A DNA stretch of 64,000 bases, from positions 95,668,001 through 95,732,000 of the forward strand of contig OZ076409.1 in NCBI GenBank assembly GCA_964187785.1, written 5' to 3'. The stretch comes from Amphiscolops sp. MND2022. Taxonomy: Eukaryota. Positions 8,381 through 18,500 of this stretch are shown here, one piece after another. The notes under the pieces are model-generated. The model was not told where the DNA came from and made no database searches. It saw only the letters and a program-made list of their open reading frames with translations. The position numbers were made by a program, and so were the translations under genes. How positions within the stretch are numbered: the stretch's first letter is position 1; every line of letters begins with the position of its first letter.

Positions 8381-8740
8381 ATGGTTGCCTCAAGAGAACT
8401 TGAACTACCGTATTATAGAGGAGTAACAAGACAACGCGGAAGAGGATTTGGAGCACTTGCTCAAGTTATTGGGAGAACCGCAGTTCCTTTTGTTAAAAAA
8501 TTTATCGTCCCAGCTGCACGAAGAGTTGGAGCTGACTTGTTGGAGTATGCTGTACCTGAAATGGCAGAAGTAATTAGTGGAAAGAAAAATTTAAAATCGG
8601 CTGTAACAAGTGTTGGCAAAAAGACGTTGAGAAAACAACTAGGTGGTGGTAGCAAGAGAACGCGCAGATTCATTCCTACAAAATCCACCAACATAAACAG
8701 TCGCTCGCGCAGAGACATTTTCACAAACATTTCACGCTAA
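8381..8740 (+). CDS. Basic core protein (adenovirus pVII/pX-like) with adenain cleavage-type motifs
   Basis: YYRG..RQRGRGFG and KQLGGG motifs, Arg/Lys-rich, located between the capsid genes. Confidence 0.75.
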   Translation: MVASRELELPYYRGVTRQRGRGFGALAQVIGRTAVPFVKKFIVPAARRVGADLLEYAVPEMAEVISGKKNLKSAVTSVGKKTLRKQLGGGSKRTRRFIPTKSTNINSRSRRDIFTNISR

Positions 8741-8742
8741 AC

Positions 8743-10086
8743 ATGAATGCACAAAGTAATTTTCGGTACCAACCTTTTGTGGCCGTTTCTGGCAGTGTTG
8801 GCGGTAAAGTCCCAGTTGTCGATGACGTACTTTCGTCGCATGAACAACAAATTTATCCTACAACGTCATTGGATGAAAACAGTATCGAGTTTGAATTTCA
8901 AACTGATCGCAACAATTACACTGATTTGCGTCAAACGTATTTGTCTTTGGTACTCAAATTGGTGAAGCATCGTGGATTTGATTCGTACAAAAAAGAAGCC
9001 AAAAAGGAACACAATGAAGCAGAAGATAAAAAGGCTGATGCCGTCGACGACAACGCGGTTCCCTTAATTACCCATGTGAACAACATTATGCACTCCATTT
9101 TCTCCAATGTGGAAGTTTATATAAACAATCAGCAAATTTACAATTCAAATGGACTTTATGCTCATAAATCTTACATTTCCAACAATTTTAAAGGAGCCAT
9201 TTCTGAGTACAAGGGAGTGCTACATTGTGAAGGTTATGACTTTGAAGCAAATCCAGAAGACGCTATGGATAACCCCTTGGAGGATCCATTCTTTTCAAGG
9301 AGAATGAAAATGTTCTCCAGACCTGACGGATTTATGCTGTATGGTAAATTGGGTGTCGATTTTTTTACCACTTCAGAGCTATTGTACCCAAACATGAAAG
9401 TTAGAATTCGACTCATTAGAGCTCGACCCAATTTTTACATGATTAGTGACAATCCTAACGTTAGCCTTGGAATTGTGGATTGTTCCCTTTATAATCGCCG
9501 TATTACACTCAAAGACGATTATCACAAGAAGCGAATGGATATGCTAGCATACAGTCCAGTAGAATATAACTACTTGGAAACTCTTGCCAAGACATTTATC
9601 ATTCCTGCCCGACAGAATCAATTTATACAAGAAAACATTTTCAACAATGCACCGATCCGACGTATCGCCATAGCAATGAACACAAATTCTGCCTTTACGG
9701 GTTCCTTTACTGAAAATCCATACTGGTATCAACAGTTTGGATTGAGGCACATTAGAATACTACGTGGCGGTCAGTCTGTTGTTGACTATGACACGTCCGA
9801 TAATTGCCGTCTCTATGTTACAACAATGAGAGCAATGAACTTTCATGACGATTTACCGTCAATCCCAATTGACAATTTCAAGGATCACTATGTGCTCGTG
9901 TTTGATTTGACATCAATGCAAGACGCTACTGAACATTGCCACTATCCGGAATTGATTGGCGAACCATTGCGACTGGAACTCAACTTTAATGAAGCGCTCG
10001 AAAGTGTAACAGAAGTCATTATATTGGGTGAACGAATGTCGTCGGTTGCAGTCGACAAGTTGGGCGTTGTCGGTAAAAATACCTAA
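8743..10086 (+). CDS. Major capsid protein (double jelly-roll, hexon-like)
   Basis: 447 aa; IEFEF...YTDLRQTYLSL, NNIMHSIFSNVEVYIN, P.RIAIAM...AFTGSFTENPY, LVFDLT, LRLELNF. Confidence 0.92.
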   Translation: MNAQSNFRYQPFVAVSGSVGGKVPVVDDVLSSHEQQIYPTTSLDENSIEFEFQTDRNNYTDLRQTYLSLVLKLVKHRGFDSYKKEAKKEHNEAEDKKADAVDDNAVPLITHVNNIMHSIFSNVEVYINNQQIYNSNGLYAHKSYISNNFKGAISEYKGVLHCEGYDFEANPEDAMDNPLEDPFFSRRMKMFSRPDGFMLYGKLGVDFFTTSELLYPNMKVRIRLIRARPNFYMISDNPNVSLGIVDCSLYNRRITLKDDYHKKRMDMLAYSPVEYNYLETLAKTFIIPARQNQFIQENIFNNAPIRRIAIAMNTNSAFTGSFTENPYWYQQFGLRHIRILRGGQSVVDYDTSDNCRLYVTTMRAMNFHDDLPSIPIDNFKDHYVLVFDLTSMQDATEHCHYPELIGEPLRLELNFNEALESVTEVIILGERMSSVAVDKLGVVGKNT

Positions 10087-10087
10087 T

Positions 10088-10477
10088 ATGGATGACATTG
10101 CATTGCGACAGATTATTGATCGTATTCCTCTCCTCAAGTATCGGTACCTCGGCTCATTTCCTTCTGATCGTGTCCCTATGCTTCCAAACGATACATTTGC
10201 CATTGTCAATACTGAACCAAGTTACATGTCTGGCGAGCACTGGGTAATGATTGCCAAATTTAAACAGCAATTGTATTTTGCAGACTCTCTCGGTGGATCG
10301 TGCAATTTTCTCAAGCAAGACTACCAAAAGATGGTTCCAGTAAAGTTGCAGTCACATCCCAGCGTGTGCGGATTCTATGCCATATATTCAGCTTTTCATC
10401 TCTTCAAGTTCCAGCAAGAGCAACTTACAGGAGTTCACGATGTTAACGTACTCTCTTTTATCAGTAATTATATGTAA
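10088..10477 (+). CDS. Adenain-like cysteine maturation protease
   Basis: GSFPSD, IVNT, GEHW (His), YFADSLG (Asp), LQS..SVCGFY (Gln/Cys). Confidence 0.92.
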   Translation: MDDIALRQIIDRIPLLKYRYLGSFPSDRVPMLPNDTFAIVNTEPSYMSGEHWVMIAKFKQQLYFADSLGGSCNFLKQDYQKMVPVKLQSHPSVCGFYAIYSAFHLFKFQQEQLTGVHDVNVLSFISNYM

Positions 10478-10599
10478 CACATGCTTATTGTAAAGTGCAG
10501 TTTATACATGTGATTGTAGTACATTTATACATTATAATTTAAATTTTTTTTCTATTTAAACATGATTTTTTTCCTCAACGTATAGTAGTCAATTAATGA

Positions 10600-11126
10600 G
10601 CTAAACCTTTATGGCGGATAAATTATTCCGCAGGCGGATAAAATATTACGGTGGCGGATAAAATATTCCGCAGGCGGATAAAATATTGCGGGGGCGGGTA
10701 AAATTATTCCCGCCGGCGGCCGGGCCCAGCCAAAAAATCATTTTTTACCCAAAGTCTCACAGTGCCGAAAATGTCGCACAGTGCCGAAAAACCCTATACC
10801 CTATCTTAAAACATTATCGAAGCTATTCCCTATCTTTATACATTGAGCACATCTTTATACATTGACAATCACTCGGCTCCATACCTCTATACATCGAATC
10901 AAGTCGTCAGCCAATCAGAATTGAGCATGACCCGAGTCGGCAGCACGACTCGAGTCGTCAACCAATCAGAATCGAGCACGACTACACAACTCGAGACTGT
11001 CTAAGCAAATCCAGGGGTTCAAGACCCTTCTCGGCTCTCGGCTCGAGCCGAACGGCTATAGCCTATCTTAAAACATGGAGGGTCTTGAACCCCCCCCCCA
11101 CCTGATCAGCTCGCACATATACTACT
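10600..11126. repeat. Polinton right terminal region (probable TIR) with 20-bp tandem repeats and CCAATCAGAAT repeats
   Basis: GCGGATAAAATATTCCGCAG-like x5 at 10613-10712, CCAATCAGAAT at 10911 and 10962, terminal ACTACT. The TIR extent cannot be confirmed without the left end. Confidence 0.7.
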
Positions 11127-12158
11127 GTGGACACTTTTTACAGAACAGAACTACTAAACTAAAGTACTGGATCGCCAAACGCGGAGCGTATTTAAGATAG
11201 TGCAAAGGGTCCCCCCTTTCAGTTACTCCATTTTTATCGTAAGATACAAAACCTGACGAGACAATAGGGTCCCCCCTTTGAGTTTTTTTCGGCACTGTGC
11301 GACTTTTTTTCGAATTTTTTTTTGTCTCCAAAGGGTCCCCCCTTCAATTTTTTGCTGTTTTGCGACAAAATGGATGTTGGAAAATTCCAAAGGGTCCCCC
11401 CTTTCAGTTTTTTTCGGCACTGTGAGATTTTTTTTCGAAAATAAAAAATTTTCATCCCTTCAATTTTTTGATGTTTTGCGACTGAATGGATGGTGAAAAA
11501 CTCCAAAAGGTCCCTCCTTTCAGTTTTTTTCGGCACTGTGAGATTTTTTCCGAAAATTATTTTCTCTCCAAAGGGTCCCCCTTCAATTTCTTTGATATTT
11601 TACAACATTGGGTGTTTAAAAATCCCTTTCAGTTTTTCGGCATTGTGAGACTTTTTTTCGAAAATTTGTTTTTTCTCCAAAGGGTTCCTCCTTCAACTGC
11701 AACAAAAATGTTGACAATTTCGGAAGTGTCCCTCTTTTAGTGCGCCAGGGGCTCGCGCTAGCGGGCCCCGGCGCGCCACTCAGTCCATTTTTTTGGTTTT
11801 TCGGAAAAAAATTCGATAAAATTTCGAAAAAAAAATTTTAAGTTTTTTTTCAAAAAAAAGTTTTTTGCGCTTTTTGAGCCTTAGATATGGCGCCGACTTT
11901 AGACGTTCTCGTCTTGTTTGATATTTTGCGACAGAATGGATGTTGAAAAATCCCAAAGGGTCCCCCCTTTCAGTTTTTTCGGCATTGTGAGATTTTTTCC
12001 CGAAAATAAAAATTTTTTTCTTCAATTTTTTCATGTTTTGCCACTGGGTCCATTTTTTGGCTTTTCGATTTTCGAGTACTGTAAATTGACACTTGGAAGT
12101 CCTTTTGCTATTTTTGAGCCTTAGATATGGCGCCGACTTGGGCCGGTCCCGGTTTGTT
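11127..12158 (+). mobile_element. Helentron-associated non-autonomous element (HINE family A), 5' part cut off by the Polinton; nested 3' ends
   Basis: Internal GGGTCCCCCCTTTCAGTTTTTTTCGGCA units; 3' GCGCCGACT + stem-loop + TGTT ends at 11918 and 12158. Confidence 0.75.
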
Positions 12159-12509
12159 GATTATAATTATGATTAAAAAGAAATTCATTTGAAATGTCAA
12201 TTCAAGAGTTTCTTGCAGCACTTTGTTGAAATTTTGTTGTTTAAATGATGAGTAGAAAATCTATTCTGAACAATTTGATTCGTTGCCGAAAAACATTTTA
12301 TTCGCTCACACAAAATTATTCAATCTCACATTCCGCGCTTGATTAGTTCTTTTCATTTCTACGCAGGATTGAAATCAAGGCAGTTTTTTGGGCCTTAGAT
12401 ATGGCGCCGACTTATGCCGTTCCGGCTTGTTTGAACTGTGCAGTATGTTATGTTATGGTTTGATTTGTTGTTTCTTGAGTAGTTCATTAATTGGTCATCG
12501 ATGTTTCAG

Positions 12510-12563
12510 AAGTACGGCGCCGTGACCGATATCGAAATAATTTTCAACGAGCGTGGAAGCAAG
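12510..12563 (+). CDS. RBFOX: Rbfox RRM exon (54 nt)
   Basis: tttcag|AAG...AGCAAG|gtgagt; [18 protein letters not shown]. Confidence 0.95.
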
Positions 12564-15500
12564 GTGAGTATGGCTGACCATTTTGAATCTAGGCACCTGA
12601 AGAAGAAATCTGCTCTGCTCATGCATTCCAAAATTATTAATACCATTCTCACGTTTTCCTTTCTTTTCGCAAGCGAACTTCTCTTGGATCTCAGGACTAA
12701 GGTATAGACAGTGGGCAGCACCTAATCAGCCTATAAGCTACGGTCCCTCCATACGTTCAATGCGATTTTATTTCATATTCCTATTCACAGCCAAGTCCGG
12801 CTATAACGGCGCTGAAGGATCTCAAGAATTTATCAATCGGTTCTCGCCTCTTGTTCAGACAACCCCCCTCGTATGTTTTGAAAATTGGGTTTTTTTTAAA
12901 TCAGACACATATTTTCAGAAATGTATTTGGTAACTTCGCAAAACCTTACTCAATCCGCTATTTAATTTGTGCTTATTATTAATAACTTCAACATAACATG
13001 ACATATGAGGGGGGAGGGGAGGAGGTGAGACAAAAGGTCCACGATCCCCGAAGAAAGGAAGAAAGTTGGGAATTGAAAACGATGGATGGACCAACATTAT
13101 ACCTAGTTTTGAGTTATCAGCACGCACGTTCGTTATGAACGAGTTCCGCTTATTTATCGTCTGTTAATTTTTAGCGATGATGATTTTGCAACAGTTTTAG
13201 GTGATCAATCTTGTCAACTGCAAATGAATCATTTTATATCTTTAGTCATCAACCTTGCTGCATCTTTGATCTCTGAAGCGGGTCAAAGTTGCACTATTAG
13301 GTATGACGTTTGCCTCTCTCTCATGTAGCAACAGAACTCAAGAAGAAGATGATGATGATGATGATGATGATGAACTAAGTGTCCCAGTTTGGAAGTCATC
13401 AAACATCGGCTGTTAGCAACAGCATTCTTCCCAATTCCTGATTGATGGAAAAACAGAGAAGGAAGGAGAAGCTGCCAAGGTCACGTGCGGCCATATCCAT
13501 GGGACGGGACGAGGTTGCATCCGAGTGAAAGTGAAGCGGTAATCCTCCTCCATTTGTTGAATCGATGCATCCAGCTTTTGTATTTTCACCTTAAACAACA
13601 GTTCTGTAGAAGTTACTTCAACCCATCACTAATCTAATTTTGGTTGCAAATGTAGATGCCAAGAATGTTGTTACTAGGCGTCGACCGCCGTCACAACCAC
13701 CAATGCTTTCAGTGTAAATCCCTCCCTTTCTGCAACTCCTCATTCAGTTGTTGCTTTGCGCCAATGTCGCAATTGTGTGGCATCTAAATTGAATTAGTTG
13801 CCCGATTGTTCCAACAACAATGGAAAGCGTATCTTGAAAGTTACTCTTTCTAGGATGAATATTGATTGAGGTAGGTTTTTTTTATAGCGAATCTGTATCC
13901 TTCTTGAGATGTTCAACAATTTTTCATTCGCATAACAACACAGACTTTTTGACAGTTTTATAAACTCTGCCCTGCTTTTCCGTAATGGAATGTCGGCGAT
14001 ATAATCGGATTTGGAAGGAAATAATAAAAAAGTCGGTCTTCTCCAGGGTGAATTAAGGAAAGATTTTCCCATTAATTTTGTCTATATTTCCATTCAGATA
14101 ATGTTTACTATGTATTCGTGTGCTGGGCTTGTTTCTGTCTGCGTTCAGCCTTTTCTGACCATGGAAACGAGAATCTGAATGACTGACAAAAATTTCTTTT
14201 TCGGACACCAAAAAGGCTCCAAACCGGAAAATTCAAGCTGAAAAAACCCAAACCAGACCTTTGAATGTGGAACGACTAAACCGTGAATCGAAACCGAAAC
14301 AAACCGGAAAAAGTTTTAAAAAACTGAAAATTTGACATTTGGGCCTTTTATTTTCTTGAACTAGGACACCCATATTTTGTATCCTCTTTCCATTGTTTTC
14401 CTGTCACGTAGGTGTAGAAAGGAGGGAAGCACTGATGAGCTGAGTAGGTGTGAAGAATGGTTGTTGGCTGAGTTCTTGTTTTGTGGCTGCGGCAGCCATT
14501 TTTGTTGACTAGGATGATAATACACTATGCCAAGGTGTACTACCATTACTACTACCGTCACTAGCTGGACGGACAGTGGTACTTTTCATCTATCTAGCTA
14601 CTGCTTAACCTTCTAGATATATAGATGCAATCCTGCAGTGACGCAATCTGCTCTTTCCTCCTCCAAACACCCAAAGCCCCACCATGTCCTCTGCCCGGGG
14701 GTGTAAAATCAACAAAAAATAGAACCCCCCCCCCTCTTCGCCCGCTCAACATCGGGCATATTTTCCGCCCTCAAATGAGTCATTAGTGTAGTTTTCACAC
14801 TTGTAAGACTAGTTAGGAAGTACTTGAAAGACTATATCAAATAATGGTGCGATTTGTGCATTTCAATGTCTTAAAAAATCAGGTGTAAACCAAGGATCGA
14901 ACCCAGGTTGACTGCCTCGTAATGGGTGGAACGAGCCCATCGGGCTACCGAACGTCCAGGAGTGTGGCAAAATTTGTTTTAAATGAAAAACGCGGCTTGG
15001 TGGTTTGTTTTGCTCTCTCTCCCATATCATACGGAAGGATAATTGAAAAAATGAATACAGACAACTCCGGTTATATTGAAATGGGTTATCAAGAATATTG
15101 GTTATAACAAAACTTCTCTTCACTTGCTGATCCAGTATTGGTTTATAACGAATCCAGGTTATAACAATGTAAAGGTAACAATATAACATGGGCGCATCGA
15201 TTCGTTTAAACTGGAGTTGGCTGTAAATACCTATTGCGTAAATTGAGTCAGTTTATTTCTTTGCGCACATGGTGTACATGGAAATAATAATCCTTAGGCA
15301 AGTCACAGATTTGTCGCTGCGGTCAAAATTCTTTAGATGAAAATATTAATGGTCATTATGTCACCACGCAACTGATCAATCTTTGATGTTGTTTTGTTTC
15401 AATAGCGTGTGACCTTTTAATATTGAAGAGTTTCTTCGGTAATTTCACCCAAGGGGTCCGTGGTTCGAGTCCCAGTGAGTTCCGTTTTTTTTTTAATATT

Positions 15501-18500
15501 TTCAGATCCAAATTTATACCCCTGTAATATACGTAAAATTAGCAATATCACTGTAATATGTTAGGGGCGGAAAATATAAAGTTGGTTCACTGTTCGTGGG
15601 TCCTTTTTCCCCTGATACAAAATGAGTCATTTTGATATCTTTAAATCTAGGGAGTATCAATTCATTTTAAAAATGAGAAAACCGGTTCTTTAGCATAGTG
15701 AAGTTGTACGTACCAGGTTCTTTGTTTTTCATTAATGACCCCAAAGTTAATGTTTTTTTTTCCAAAAAATGGATGATTTTACACCCCTGCTTGTACCCAA
15801 CGTATTATACTATTAACTATGTCCTCTGCTAATGTATTGTGCACCCGCTTTGATGTGGAGTTAATCAATCAGTTGAATTGTATTGAATTGTTCTGAGATG
15901 CGATGAAATTAAATGCATTTGAATAAAGCGGTTACATGACATTTCGTCCTAAGCAATTTCAACCGTTGTCATTTCAACCGCTCACAATTTCAACCTATTG
16001 CATTTTGAACTTCCCACGATTTCGAAACTAATTTTGGCTATTTAGTCCTAATTCCGTTTAGTTATTATTTCAGTACGATAATTAATATTAAATGAAACAG
16101 CCTTAATTAATGGTAATTATTTATGAAGAAGCGAAAACGTATCAAAACCAGCGTAAAAATCAGCACATTTAAATTTAGAAATGTATGAAAATTAAAACCA
16201 CCTCAAAAAATTATGTAACTAATTAGGGTTCATTAGCCAAAACTAGTTTAGGTCGAAATTGCGGAGGGTTGAAAATGCAATAGGTTGAAGTTGTGAGCGG
16301 TTGAAATTGCATAGAATGAAATGTGGTGAGACCAAATAAAGCGTGTGGTCGGTCGGTCGGGTAGTTAGATGAGATGATTGGGTTCGTTCGCTTCCATCCA
16401 TCATCATCTCAGTGTCTTGTCGTCTCTTATGCTGCCCAGAATTAGAGGTGCACCGGACAGGAAAAATTCCGCCCGGCCGGACAACCGGACAGGACTGATT
16501 GAAGCCGGATACCGGCTGGACCGGACATTATTCTCAATTATAACCAATCAAGGGCTGTTTTCAGAATTGGGCAATGAAGATTACGAAAAACGAAGCAGGC
16601 TTTCACCACAGAGCGGTAAAAACAATGTTCTCTCCGCCATAATTTAATGAATTTTGATTCACAGTCACAAATTCAATGTTTCGATGCACATACACTGTCT
16701 CTAAGTTAGATATTCCGACTATTTAAGATTATTACACTTGCGATAAGCAAGTGTTATGGGAACGTGCGAATTTTTTTTCCGGGTGACAACTCTCTCATTT
16801 CAGACCGCAAGTCGCATAATTCAGACTTTTTTGGTCTAGTGGTAAGATGCCTGCTTTTCAACCCAGAGGCTCCGGGTTCGAACCCCTGCGTATGCGCTAA
16901 TTTTTTTCAACCCAGAGGGTCCGTGTTCGAACCCCTGCGTATGCGCTATTTTTTTTAAAAGTAATCCGAAGCAAAAGCTCACTTTTCCGGCACTGAGACC
17001 TGCCTACCCTTTTCGGCTTTGTGAGACTTTTCTCGAAATCTTTTAATGTCCTCAAAGTGTCCTCCTTTCAATTTTTTTGATATTTTGCAACAGAACGAAG
17101 GTTAAAAAATCCCAAAGGGTCTCTTTCAGATTTTTCGACACTATGAGACTGTTAAAAATTCGCCTTTTTTCGAAAATTTTTCAAAGTCTCCAAAGGGTCC
17201 CTTCAGTTTTTGATATTTTCAAAAACAGAATGGCTGTTAACAAATCTCGAAGAGCCCCCTTTCACAGTTTTCGGCATTGCGAGATTTTTCAAAATTAGTC
17301 GTTTTTGTCTTAAAATTAGGTTTTCTCAGGCCCAGCACTCTATATCCGATCTTTTTTCAAAGACAGGTGTTTTTTCTATGCGATTTTTTAAAATTGGTTT
17401 TCATCGAAGCCCCCCTCAATTTTTACTAGAAACGAAACGTTTTGCGAGCATAAAGGACTACTCAAGGTTTTCGGCGACTTACCGGAGACCTTCATCAAAA
17501 ATTTTTTTTTCGAAAAAATTCCTCAATTTTCTGTTTTTTGAAAAGTTTTCGCAAGTGTTTGCGAAGCACGGCTTCGCCTCTGTGTTATTTTAAGATAACA
17601 TCCGGTCGGACATTGTAAAAATTCCGGCCGGATACCGGACAGGACATTTTGCTGAAATCCGGCCGGATACCGGGCCGGACTTCTTGTCCGGTACACCTCT
17701 ACCCAAAATGATTCGCTGACCAAATTGATTGCTATGATTTCTTGTCGTTGACCTGTCTTGATTTGACCTCACCTGACCTTGAACTGACCTGCTCAAATGA
17801 CATGACATGAGATGTATTACTTTTCATGACCCGAGTTCACCTTTCGTTTCTCAACAGTGGGCCAGCTTTGTTTGACTATGAGTTGTAAGCGTCTAGTTTG
17901 AATTGACACCCATTATTATCATTATACATGTACACCCATACACACTAATTGACAATTTCAGTCCAGTTTATCAACGTTTTGAGATGAATTTATTCAAACT
18001 TTAACCAAAAAATACAAAATTATGATATCTAGATACTTCACTATTAATAGTAAATAGAAATACTATTTAAAAAATTTTTCACGGTTGCCACGGTGTATAA
18101 ACGCCCATGTAGCAAACAACTATTGCTTAAATTTCTTCTGTCATTTTAATTTCTTTCAACTACTATGGATCGGTATTGAAAACGATTTTTCATATTGCAG
18201 GGACCTTAAGCGTGCGTTATAAAAGCTGTATGCTATTTTTGTAGTATTTAGAATTGTTGACCGCGGCCACCGGTATTCATACAATGAAACTGTTCACAGT
18301 GGAATGGACAGGATGTTTTTTGGGTAGTTTTTTTTGGGGGGGGGGCTTAGGGGGTGATTGGATATGTACTATCGTGCTGCATCCCATGTATGACTGGGCT
18401 CGTTCGATCATTGTCGTTGAGCATCCTGAAATAACTATTATTACTACAAATATTATTTCGTGTAGACCATTTTATCCACATTGTAGCCTTCATTTGTTGG

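Larger units (their letters stand above)
1..11126 (+). mobile_element. Endogenous Polinton/Maverick (adintovirus-like) element, right part; left end and pPolB lie outside the window
   Basis: Compact, intron-poor cluster of ATPase, rve integrase, minor capsid, core, major capsid and adenain protease ORFs. It ends ...CATATACTACT (11126), the reverse complement of the Polinton AGTAGT-type terminus, after which host repeat sequence begins abruptly. Confidence 0.93.
16443..17701. mobile_element. hAT-like MITE containing a nested HINE
   Basis: TIR TAGAGGTG(C/T)ACCGGAC; 8-bp TSD cccagaat/cccaaaat; CCGG-rich subterminal repeats. Confidence 0.8.

Noticed and set aside
11122..12124. Several Lys/Phe-rich ORFs (also at 31170-31632, 42664-43022 and 56278-56649)
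   Set aside because: Chance translations of HINE repeat units on both strands, with no protein motifs.
12501..12509. ATG TTT CAG as the Rbfox start (MFQ)
   Set aside because: More simply the tttcag acceptor. Starting here would omit RNP2, and the upstream frame does not resemble Rbfox.
14696..15789. hAT-like element with GGGGTGTAAAATCA inverted ends
   Set aside because: Inverted ends are visible but there is no convincing TSD, so it is left uncalled.
16833..16888. Functional tRNA gene
   Set aside because: No acceptor stem, poor anticodon stem, and it lies inside a nested repeat.
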